From Actinomycetota bacterium (GTDB taxonomy: Bacteria; Actinomycetota; AC-67), in NCBI GenBank assembly GCA_046713235.1, contig JBKKBZ010000116.1, positions 2,742-66,741 on the forward strand: a stretch of DNA of 64,000 bases. The letters run 5' to 3'. Below are positions 27,903-35,834 of the stretch, in pieces. A model generated the notes under the pieces. That model was not told the DNA's origin and did no database searches. It saw only the letters and a list, made by a program, of their open reading frames with translations. How positions within the stretch are numbered: position 1 is the stretch's first letter; each line of letters begins with the position of its first letter. The position numbers were made by a program, and so were the translations under genes.

Positions 27903-29036
27903 TCAGATCGCTTGCCCGTGCGCCTCGATGCGCCCGAGGTCCAGCTCCACACCGAGCCCCGGCTTGGCCGGAAGAGCTATCGTTCCGTCTGCGTCTACTC
28001 GAAACGGTTCGGCGAGCATCGCGTCGCGCCCTTCGGGGACCCATCCCGGCGGGTCGTAGGGGAACTCTATGAGCGCGCCGTTCGTCGCGGCGAGCACATG
28101 AAGATTCGCGGCGAAACCGAGCCCGTTGGACCAGGCGTGCGGCATGAATCCGATGCCGAACTGCTCGGCCGTACGTGCTAGGGACAGCGCCCCGGCAATG
28201 CCACCGCTGACCGTCGCGTCCGGCTGGATGATGTCGACCGCGCGGCGCTCAATCAGCTCCCGCACCGGCCAGATGTCCCCGGCAAACTCCCCCCCGGCGA
28301 TGGGGGTGGTCGTCTGGTCGCGCAGGCGACGGTAGCCTTCGAAATCGAACTGATCCAGCGGTTCCTCCAGCCAGGCGACCCCGTACTCCTCGTACGCGCG
28401 AGCGGTCGCGAGGGCCCGTTTGAAATCCCACCGCGGTCCCTGTGCGAAGACGTCGACGCGCCATCCCTGGTTGGCGTCGGCGGCGACGCCGAACTCGTCG
28501 CCGACCGCTTCTCGGACGGTGCGCACCTCGTCGACGTCCTCACGCATGGACTCGTGGCGCGGCCGGAGCTTCACGCAGCGAAAGCCGGCCTCCCGGGCGG
28601 CCAGCGCGTCGTCGGCTCGCCGCTTGGCCTCCCGCATCTCCCCGAACGACGCGTACGCCGGGACCCGGTCGCGTGTACCGCCGAGGTAGCGATACAACGG
28701 CAAGCCGGCCGCTTTCGCGGCGAGGTCGTAGAGCGCCGTCTCGATGAACCACACGCGCAGGCCCAGCGCGCGAACGGCGGCCTCGAGGATAGGACGCAGC
28801 TCCGCGGGTCGCGATGGGTCGCGCCCGATGAGGAAGGCGCGCATGAGATTCACCGGACCACGCGGCTCGTCGGCGAACGCCACCCACCCCGCGTAGCCCT
28901 CGAGGCCATCGTCGGTGACCAGGCGATAGACCACGCATGAGTTGTTGGGATTGGCGAGGCCGGGGATCCACGCCGGCGAGAAAGGCGCCGGAAGCGGGAA
29001 ATGGCATATCCATGCGTCGATGCGGTCGATCTTCAT
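27903..29036 (-). CDS. enolase-superfamily enzyme (mandelate racemase/muconate lactonizing family)
   Basis: ORF 27903..29036. Has an N-terminal capping domain, metal-ligand regions ADANQGW, LEEP and IQPD, and a barrel-end HAWSNGLG. Confidence 0.8.
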   Translation of the reverse strand: MKIDRIDAWICHFPLPAPFSPAWIPGLANPNNSCVVYRLVTDDGLEGYAGWVAFADEPRGPVNLMRAFLIGRDPSRPAELRPILEAAVRALGLRVWFIETALYDLAAKAAGLPLYRYLGGTRDRVPAYASFGEMREAKRRADDALAAREAGFRCVKLRPRHESMREDVDEVRTVREAVGDEFGVAADANQGWRVDVFAQGPRWDFKRALATARAYEEYGVAWLEEPLDQFDFEGYRRLRDQTTTPIAGGEFAGDIWPVRELIERRAVDIIQPDATVSGGIAGALSLARTAEQFGIGFMPHAWSNGLGFAANLHVLAATNGALIEFPYDPPGWVPEGRDAMLAEPFRVDADGTIALPAKPGLGVELDLGRIEAHGQAI

Positions 29037-29120
29037 CGGCGTCCCCCTGGTCGGTCGGCGTGGCTATCCTCGCACAGGGCCCGAACCGTGCGTCAAGCTG
29101 CTGAGGTAGGATGCGCTTTC

Positions 29121-29402
29121 GTGCCCCGCTATCTTCGTTGGATTGCCGCGGCGACGAGTGCCGTGATGGTGCAGTTCGCGTTCTTCGTAGGCGTCGGCGC
29201 GGTAGCGGTTGGAACCGGGAACAAGGAGCTGTCGGGAGGGATCGGGCTGTTGGTTACGCTCGGCTCGACGCTGGTGCCCGTTCTCGTGGCGCTTGCAGTC
29301 AACGATTGGCTTGCCCGCCGCTACCCGGCCACGGCGCAAGAGTCTTCTGAAACCGGGGCGGCCGGGCGACTCGCGCCGGTCGAGCCGTCAGTGCCCGAGT
29401 GA
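29121..29402 (+). CDS. possible small membrane protein (2 TM)
   Basis: In-frame GTG 29121 of ORF 29001..29402 gives VPRYLRWIAAATSAVMVQFAFFVGVGAVAV...LLVTLGSTLVPVLVALAV. The 3' end overlaps the trxB 3' end convergently by 15 nt. Confidence 0.35.
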   Translation: MPRYLRWIAAATSAVMVQFAFFVGVGAVAVGTGNKELSGGIGLLVTLGSTLVPVLVALAVNDWLARRYPATAQESSETGAAGRLAPVEPSVPE

Positions 29403-30314
29403 CTCGAGGTAGCGCTCGGCGTCGATAGCCGCCTGACACCCCATGCCGGCAGCGGTCACGGCCTGGCGGTAGATGTGATCGACAACGTCGCCGCACGCAA
29501 AGACACCCTCCACGCTGGTCGCCATGCGCGGGTGCGCGACCCGGATGTATCCCTCCGCGTTCATCTCGAGCTGGCCTGCGAAAAGCGTGCTGTTGGGGTC
29601 GTGACCGATGGCCACGAAGAGACCCCCGGTCTCGAGGTCGGTGGTGTCGCCCGTTTTCACGTGCCGGAGCCGCAGCCGGTCGACTTTGCCGTTTCCCCCG
29701 AGGACGTCCTCGACAACGGTGTCCCAGATGAAATCGACCTTGGGGTTGGCAAAGGCGCGCTCCTGCATGATCTTCGATGCGCGTAGCTCGTGGCGCCGGT
29801 GCACTACGGTGACCTTGGTTGCAAACCGGGTTAGGAACACAGCCTCTTCGACGGCCGAGTCTCCCCCGCCGGCGACGACGAGCGGAACACCTCGGAAGAA
29901 GAAGCCGTCGCAGGTGGCGCAGGTCGAAACCCCGCGGCCCAGGTACTCGCGCTCGCCTGGAACACCCAGCATCCGGGCGCGCGCGCCCGTGGAGACGATG
30001 AGCGTTTTCCCTTCGTAGGTCGCGTCGCCCGACTCAACGACGAAGGGACGTGTCCCGAGATCCACCCGAGTGGCGTCGGCGGTGATGAACTTGGCACCAA
30101 ACCGCTCCGCCTGCGCGCGGAACTTTTCCATCAGCTCGGGGCCGAGTATGCCGTCGGGGAAGCCGGGATAGTTCTCTACCTCGGTCGTCAGCATCAGCTG
30201 TCCGAGGGGTGTGGCGCCCTCGATGACCAGCGGGTCGAGCTGCGCGCGGGCCGCGTACAGCGCGGCGGTGAGGCCGGCCGGCCCAGAGCCGACGATTATG
30301 ACGTTCTCGGACAT
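29388..30314 (-). CDS. trxB: thioredoxin-disulfide reductase
   Basis: ORF 29388..30314. Contains GSGPAGLTAA (FAD), CATCDG (redox centre) and GGGDSAVEEA (NADPH). Confidence 0.96.
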   Translation of the reverse strand: MSENVIIVGSGPAGLTAALYAARAQLDPLVIEGATPLGQLMLTTEVENYPGFPDGILGPELMEKFRAQAERFGAKFITADATRVDLGTRPFVVESGDATYEGKTLIVSTGARARMLGVPGEREYLGRGVSTCATCDGFFFRGVPLVVAGGGDSAVEEAVFLTRFATKVTVVHRRHELRASKIMQERAFANPKVDFIWDTVVEDVLGGNGKVDRLRLRHVKTGDTTDLETGGLFVAIGHDPNSTLFAGQLEMNAEGYIRVAHPRMATSVEGVFACGDVVDHIYRQAVTAAGMGCQAAIDAERYLESLGH

Positions 30315-30388
30315 ACGAACCTCGCACGTGGGAAGGAAGTCCGAGGATTCTAACGCAGGGGCTTACCCGCCTCTTCCGTGATCCCGGC

Positions 30389-31177
30389 CTAGATCGGGCG
30401 TTGCGCCCAGTAGAGAGTGAAGCAATCCGACGGACGAAGGACCCAGACTTCGGCCCTCGTCGGGCTGCCCTTGGGCGCGACGAAGAAGAGCACGTAGGCT
30501 TCGCGACCTTCGAACGTCGCGACCTCGTAGCGCTGGGGATCAAGCGGCGCATCGGCTCCACGGACGACGTCCTCGGCGCATTCGAGCAGCCCGGGTGGAG
30601 CCGTTGTAAAGGCCGTCCCTGTTTCGTATTCACCCGAGGCGGGACTAGGTATTAGCGTGTCCTTCGAGGTGCTTCTTGCGGTTCCCCTCTCGGTGGACCC
30701 GTCCACGGCAACGGTGCCGAACGCGGCCAGCTCGGCCGAGGCTGAAGCCCGGTCGTAGGTGCGTCCGGCGAGCACGGTGACCTGCTGATCCGAGGCTCCG
30801 GAGGTGTTCTCCCGGAGTGCCGAGTTGCCTCCCTGTCGAGAGACGTCGCGCAGGCTGAGCAGTCCGATCGCCAGCAATCCGGCTGCCGCCGCACCGGCGG
30901 CCCATCCCCAGCGGCGGGTCGCTTTGCTGCGCGCGGGGGAGACGACCGCGAGGCGACGTGCCTCGGCGACCCGGTCGGTGATGAAGGCTGCGGAGACCTC
31001 ATCGAGCGCCACCGGCTCGAGGGAACGCAGGTCGCCGACCGTCGCCCGCAGCGCCTCCAGGGTGCGGCGGCACTCCGCGCACTCGGGGAGGTGATCGTCG
31101 ATGCCGGCGCGGTCGGCGGCGTCGAGCTCTCCGTCGAGATAGGCGGAGAGCAGGTCGAGCTGGTCGTGTTTACTCAT
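30389..31177 (-). CDS. membrane-anchored zinc-binding (ZAS, HxxxCxxC) anti-sigma factor
   Basis: ATG 31177 of ORF 30389..31258 gives MSKHDQLDLLSAYLDGELDAADRAGIDDHLPECAECRRTL. One TM segment (WGWAAGAAAAGLLAIGLL) precedes an extracytoplasmic domain. The start overlaps the sigma gene stop (ATGAGTAA). Confidence 0.82.
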   Translation of the reverse strand: MSKHDQLDLLSAYLDGELDAADRAGIDDHLPECAECRRTLEALRATVGDLRSLEPVALDEVSAAFITDRVAEARRLAVVSPARSKATRRWGWAAGAAAAGLLAIGLLSLRDVSRQGGNSALRENTSGASDQQVTVLAGRTYDRASASAELAAFGTVAVDGSTERGTARSTSKDTLIPSPASGEYETGTAFTTAPPGLLECAEDVVRGADAPLDPQRYEVATFEGREAYVLFFVAPKGSPTRAEVWVLRPSDCFTLYWAQRPI

Positions 31178-31769
31178 CGGGTCTCGCCACCTTAGAGGGT
31201 TCTTCCTCCCCCTCGGGTTCCAAGTGCCCGAGAATACGTGCCAATTCGAGCCGGGCACGATGGAGGCGGCTCTTTACCGTCCCGATCGGAATTTTCAAGG
31301 CAAAGGCGACTTCGGAGTAGTCCAGGTCCTCGAGGTCGTGAAGAACGACGACTGCCCGGTGATCCGGGCTCAGCGAGGCGACGCCTCGGCGGACGGCTTG
31401 GGCGCGGTGCGCTGCCAGGGCCAGTTCCTCCGGCCCGGGGCCGGCATCGGCCGTCTCGGGAACGTCGTCGAGCGCAGCGTGGTCGCGCCGGCTGCGGCGG
31501 CGACCGAGGTCCACGGCTGCGTTCACGGCAAGCCGGTGAAGCCAGGTGGTCAGTTTCGCCTCGCCGCGGAACGACCCCAGCGAGCGATAGGCCGTCACGA
31601 ACACTTCCTGGGCCACGTCGAGGGCGTCCTCGTGACGCCCGCACACGCGAAGCGCCACCGCGTACACCCGCGTGCGGTGGCGGGAGACGATCTCATCGAA
31701 GGCGGCAGTTTCCCCGGCGAGATGCCGCCGGACCAGCTCGGGGTCGGTCGCGCGGGTGGGGTCGGTCAT
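31170..31769 (-). CDS. ECF-type RNA polymerase sigma factor (SigM-position)
   Basis: ORF 31170..31769. Region 2 reads DALDVAQEVFVTAYRSL...TWLHRLAVNAAVD; region 4 reads DLDYSEVAFALKIPIGTVKSRLHRAR. Confidence 0.9.
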   Translation of the reverse strand: MTDPTRATDPELVRRHLAGETAAFDEIVSRHRTRVYAVALRVCGRHEDALDVAQEVFVTAYRSLGSFRGEAKLTTWLHRLAVNAAVDLGRRRSRRDHAALDDVPETADAGPGPEELALAAHRAQAVRRGVASLSPDHRAVVVLHDLEDLDYSEVAFALKIPIGTVKSRLHRARLELARILGHLEPEGEEEPSKVARPDE

Positions 31770-31776
31770 CGACGCC

Positions 31777-32943
31777 TCAGCCGCCGTCGTTCACGTATAC
31801 CCGCTCGATGTGGGAGCCCACGAGCAGGCGGCGGGCCTCGATGCGCACGACGTCTCCCACGGCCACTCCCGGAACGTCGCCGACATCGACGGTTGCTTGC
31901 TGCATCGAGATTCGTCCGACGACGGGCGCCCGTCCGCCGCGTACCGTAACCGCGCGCGGGGACGAGCGACGGCCGGCGACGATCGCCGCGACGCGCAAGC
32001 CGGCTCGCGCCGCTTCCGACCAGGATTCGGTTCGGGCGGCAGGCTCGAGGCCGAATCCGTCGGCGTATCCGACCGGGATGGTGGCAACTCGCGTCGGCCG
32101 CCCGGCGCGCCACTCGCTCCCGTACCCGACACCTTCGCCGGTTGCGACCGTTCGCAGGCTGACGATGCGTGCGAACCAAGAGAACGGATCCTCCAGCGGC
32201 ATCGGTGCGCGAACGTGCGGAGGATCGAGACCGTATAGGAGCGTTCCCACGCGCACCATGTCGTAGCGCGCCTCCGGGTGGGCAATCGTCGCCGCGGAGT
32301 TTGCCGCATGGAGGATGGTCCGGGCGGCTCTCTTTCCCAGCGCCGTCCGGACGCGCTCGAAGGCCGCGATCTGAGGAGAGGCCGACGCGGTCCCGGCGGC
32401 CGCGAAGTGGGTCCAGATACCTTCGAGCGAAATGTGGTCATCCCCGGCCGCCCGGCCGGCAACGACCACCGCGTCGTTGGGCGAAACCCCCAGGCGTCCC
32501 ATTCCGGTGTTGACCTTCATGTGGACATGCGCGCGCTTCCCGCCGGCCTCGGCGGCAGCCGAGATGGGACCGAGATCTTCGGATGAGGCGACGCATAGGG
32601 TGAGGTCGAGGGCGATCGCGTCGCGGATCAGGTCTGCCGGAATCGGAGTGAGCAGCAGGACGGGCGTGGAGATCCCCGCTGTGCGGAGCTCGCGTGCCTC
32701 TTCCCATCGGGTGACCGCGAGCATGCGAGCCCCGGCGTCGGCCAACGTGCGCGCGACGGCAACGAGCCCGTGGCCGTAAGCGTTGGCCTTCACCACGGCG
32801 CACACGGGAACGCCGGCGTGTGCCGCAACGGCCGCAAAGTTGTTGCGTATGGCGTCGAGCGAGATCTCGATCCACGTGGACGCACCCCGGGGGATCCGCC
32901 CGGCATCACCGGGAGATCCAAGGTCAGTCGGCGAGCGAGCCAC
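31777..32943 (-). CDS. alr: alanine racemase
   Basis: ORF 31777..32943. PLP-lysine motif AVVKANAYGHG, plus PVGYADG and a C-terminal beta domain. Confidence 0.92.
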   Translation of the reverse strand: MARSPTDLGSPGDAGRIPRGASTWIEISLDAIRNNFAAVAAHAGVPVCAVVKANAYGHGLVAVARTLADAGARMLAVTRWEEARELRTAGISTPVLLLTPIPADLIRDAIALDLTLCVASSEDLGPISAAAEAGGKRAHVHMKVNTGMGRLGVSPNDAVVVAGRAAGDDHISLEGIWTHFAAAGTASASPQIAAFERVRTALGKRAARTILHAANSAATIAHPEARYDMVRVGTLLYGLDPPHVRAPMPLEDPFSWFARIVSLRTVATGEGVGYGSEWRAGRPTRVATIPVGYADGFGLEPAARTESWSEAARAGLRVAAIVAGRRSSPRAVTVRGGRAPVVGRISMQQATVDVGDVPGVAVGDVVRIEARRLLVGSHIERVYVNDGG

Positions 32944-34012
32944 CGCTGCCTCGCAGAGCCTTGAGCGCTCTCATTGCCACCGGCGCACCGTATCGCCATC
33001 CTCGGTACATCACCGAACGCAGCGGGAGGTCCAGCTCGCCGACGTACTCCACGTAGCGCGCGCCGAACCCGGCCTTGAACCGATTCAGCCCGGCAAGGTG
33101 CTCTTCGGTCGGCTTGCCGTTACGCATGGGCGACACCCCGCGAAAATCGTAGGTCTGAAAGCCTCGGTCGTGCGCCCAGCGGATCATCGTCCACTGGAGC
33201 AGATGATTCGGCATGACGTTGCGATCCCGGCTCGACGAGGCGCCGTAGGTATACGTCGCGCGAGACCCGAACGTGAGCAGCATCGCCCCGGCGATCGCGC
33301 GACCCTCGTACCGCGCGAGGAACATCGCGAGCCGGCCGGCCGGCGTCAGGACGTCGACCAGGCGCTCGAAGTACTCGCGGCCGCGAATGAGGAAATGGTC
33401 CCTGCGCGCCGTCTCGAGCAGCAGGTCGTAGAAGACCGGAAGTTCGTCTCGTCCGGCCTCGGAAACTTCCACTCCCTTTCGCTCGGCCAGCCGGATGTTG
33501 TACTTCCATTTCTTGTGGAACCCTTCGTGCACGCTGTCGATGCCGGGGGCGAGATCGAGGACCATGACCGCGCGCGGTTGTACGCCACCGAATCGTCCCG
33601 CCCCCGACGGACGAAAACCTGCGGCCGCCAGGGCACCCGCTTCCGCGATGCCCATCGGAATCGGAGGATCACACTTCAAGAGGATTGCCTTTCCCGCTCG
33701 CCGCTCGACCTCGGCAAGTATTGCCCCAAGAGCCTCTGGTTGCCGGTAATCGAGCACCGGGCCACGCGGACAGTACAGAATCGGAGGCGCCCCACGAACC
33801 GGTCTCGTTTCCAGAACCTGAGCCGCTGCGACGATCCCGTGGCCGCCTTGGACGAGGATCCGATGGGGGACCCAGCCGCCGGTGCGCTTGACCTCCCCCC
33901 AGGCGAAGGATTGGAGAACGTCGGCGAAGGGCGAGCGCGCAACGAAGTCGTCGTAGAGATCCCTCTCGTGCTCGCCGGCGATGCGGGGCCGCAAGGCCCC
34001 TGAGTCGATCAA
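32924..34012 (-). CDS. FemAB-family peptidoglycan branch peptidyltransferase (aminoacyl-tRNA dependent family)
   Basis: ORF 32924..34222. Contains FLQSFAWGEVK-like SFAWGEVKRTGGW, KKWKYNIRLAERKGV, and YTYGASSSRDRNVMPNHLLQWTMIRWAHDRGFQTYDFRG. The preferred start TTG 34012 overlaps the pseudokinase stop (TTGA). Confidence 0.8.
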   Translation of the reverse strand: MIDSGALRPRIAGEHERDLYDDFVARSPFADVLQSFAWGEVKRTGGWVPHRILVQGGHGIVAAAQVLETRPVRGAPPILYCPRGPVLDYRQPEALGAILAEVERRAGKAILLKCDPPIPMGIAEAGALAAAGFRPSGAGRFGGVQPRAVMVLDLAPGIDSVHEGFHKKWKYNIRLAERKGVEVSEAGRDELPVFYDLLLETARRDHFLIRGREYFERLVDVLTPAGRLAMFLARYEGRAIAGAMLLTFGSRATYTYGASSSRDRNVMPNHLLQWTMIRWAHDRGFQTYDFRGVSPMRNGKPTEEHLAGLNRFKAGFGARYVEYVGELDLPLRSVMYRGWRYGAPVAMRALKALRGSGGSLAD

Positions 34013-35397
34013 CCTGCCGCCTCGAATGTGATTTCGGCGACGGCGGCCTGGAACGGGAGGTTGCTTCCCGAGCCGGCGTTGGCAAGCTCCGTTATCCACA
34101 GCAGCCAGTAACGACCCTGGTTTTCCCCGGACGGCTTCACCGCGCCGTCGGAGCTGGCCGTAAACGACGCGACGACCCTGTAGTCGGCCGCAGACCCTCC
34201 GGCCGCGCCGGAGACTCGCCATTCACCACGCCAGCCGGCGATGGGGCTGCGCAGACGGATCGTATCGACGCGCACGTTGGCTCCGAGATCGAAGAGCAGG
34301 CCGACGCCGGGCTTGGAGCCGCCGAGGTTTGCCGACGCGTAGCCCACAGTCGTCCATGCGCTGGTGGCGTCACCGTCGAGAACCAGCGCTACCTTTTCGG
34401 GGTGTTCGCTGCCGTTTCCGGGATTCGGGTCGAAGTCCCGGACGGCTGCCACGGATAGCGCCCCCCGGGGCGAAGGGGAAGGGGATGCCGCGCCCTCGCG
34501 TCGCTGGGGAAGGAGCTTCGCAACGGTCAAGCCGGCGACGATCGCCCCGGCCGCGACGCCGAGGAACAACAAGAGCGCGAGCAACCACCGGCCCTCCGTT
34601 CGCAGGTAGCCCGGCTCCCGAGCGGCCGGCGGTGCCTTGGGGGCTGCGAACGGCTCGACTGCGTCGAGAAAGCTCGGCAGGTCCGAGTGCCCACCGAGAG
34701 CGCGTTCGACGGCCGAAGCGAGTTCCGCAGTCACCCCGCGCGATCCTGTCAGGGAGGTGCCCGGTGTGTTGGGCGGGCGGCCGGTGAGCATGTGGACGGT
34801 GAGAGCGGCCAGTGCCCGAAGGTCTGCCTCTGCCGGCTCCTTCGGATCGGGACCTGGGTACCCCTCCGGCTGTACCGGTGGATCGGCCGGCTCTCCTCGC
34901 GCTCCTCCGGCAAGCATCGCAACCTCCACCAGGCCGGGTCCGAGCAGCTTGGCTCGGCCTTCCTCGTCGAATGCCACCCAGGCCGGACCGATGGCGCCGT
35001 GCGTCCGCCCCGCTTGATGAAGGACCCGGAGCGCGGCCCCGACACTGGATGCCACCCGCGCCGCCTCGGCAACCGGGAGCGTGCCGTCGCGCAGCCGCTC
35101 GGCGAGCCGCCCGCCCGTCGGGTGCTCGGTGACCAGGTACGGCGGATCGTCGCCGCAGTCGTAGATCTGCACCAGACGCCGGTCGACGAGCTGGGCGTCC
35201 CGTGCGGCGATGCGCAGAAGCGCCTCGCGGGTCCCGGCATCGCCGGCAACATCGGGACCCAGCATGTGAACGAGCACCGGCCGGTTCAGGACGGTGTCGC
35301 GCGCCTCCCAAACCGGCCCGGCCGGCGCCGGCCACGCCAGACGTTCCACGCGGTAACGCCCCGCGATCACGGTGCCGGTTCGCACGACGTCTTTCAT
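34009..35397 (-). CDS. membrane-spanning pseudokinase (degenerate Ser/Thr kinase fold) with an extracellular discoidin/F5-8-type-C-like domain
   Basis: ORF 34009..35397 has a Hanks-kinase-like layout with the catalytic motifs lost. The G-loop reads AWPAPAGPV, VAIK reads VLVHM, HRD reads GRTHGAIGP, and DFG reads LLGPG. One TM segment (WLLALLLFLGVAAGAIVAGL) follows. The C-terminal domain reads DGDATSAWTT...YWLLWITEL. Confidence 0.8.
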   Translation of the reverse strand: MKDVVRTGTVIAGRYRVERLAWPAPAGPVWEARDTVLNRPVLVHMLGPDVAGDAGTREALLRIAARDAQLVDRRLVQIYDCGDDPPYLVTEHPTGGRLAERLRDGTLPVAEAARVASSVGAALRVLHQAGRTHGAIGPAWVAFDEEGRAKLLGPGLVEVAMLAGGARGEPADPPVQPEGYPGPDPKEPAEADLRALAALTVHMLTGRPPNTPGTSLTGSRGVTAELASAVERALGGHSDLPSFLDAVEPFAAPKAPPAAREPGYLRTEGRWLLALLLFLGVAAGAIVAGLTVAKLLPQRREGAASPSPSPRGALSVAAVRDFDPNPGNGSEHPEKVALVLDGDATSAWTTVGYASANLGGSKPGVGLLFDLGANVRVDTIRLRSPIAGWRGEWRVSGAAGGSAADYRVVASFTASSDGAVKPSGENQGRYWLLWITELANAGSGSNLPFQAAVAEITFEAAG

Positions 35398-35444
35398 TTG
35401 GATAAACGCACCCTCCCAGCGCGGCGGGTAATGTCGAGAGACGG

Positions 35445-35834
35445 TCAGACGGAAAATGCTCGCGCGCTCGAACGCACCCTGACGAACCTCCTGAGTGGTC
35501 CGATTCGGTGAATGAAGAGGGTCTTGGCCTCCCTGGCTACGGTGACATTGACCCGCTCCTGGCCGCCTGCTCCTGCGTCGTCCGCAGAGAACCCGACGAG
35601 AACGGATCCCTCTCGGCGGACGATCTTCTCGGCTTCCGCACGTGCCGCCCGAACGTCGCGCGAATGCGCGAAAACGCCGACTGCCTCCTGGGCGGCGGTT
35701 CGGGAGGCGTTGTCCGCGCCGACGTTGGCGATCACGATTGCCGCGCCCTCAAAGAGCAGCACGCCGGCGACGGCCAGCCCGACGAATACCCGAAGGAACC
35801 ATCCGATGAGGATGCCGCCGCGCTCGCCGCTCAC
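35445..35834 (-). CDS. membrane-anchored hypothetical protein (N-terminal TM, TadE-like topology)
   Basis: ORF 35445..35834. The start overlaps the murJ stop by 4 nt. N-terminus reads ERGGILIGWFLRVFVGLAVAGVLLF. Confidence 0.6.
   Translation of the reverse strand: MSGERGGILIGWFLRVFVGLAVAGVLLFEGAAIVIANVGADNASRTAAQEAVGVFAHSRDVRAARAEAEKIVRREGSVLVGFSADDAGAGGQERVNVTVAREAKTLFIHRIGPLRRFVRVRSSARAFSV

Noticed and set aside
29640-29665. Possible second parS (GTTTTCACGTGCCGGA) inside trxB
   Set aside because: Only the central CACGTG and part of one arm match, with 6 or more mismatches to the 16-bp consensus.
31767-31800. ECF-type autoregulatory promoter (TGAAC-N14-CGTC) in the alr 3' end, just upstream of the sigma gene
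   Set aside because: The spacer is shorter than the usual 16-17 nt. The -10-like CGTC ends 1 nt before the sigma ATG, so a transcript from it could not include the annotated start codon. It is probably a chance match.
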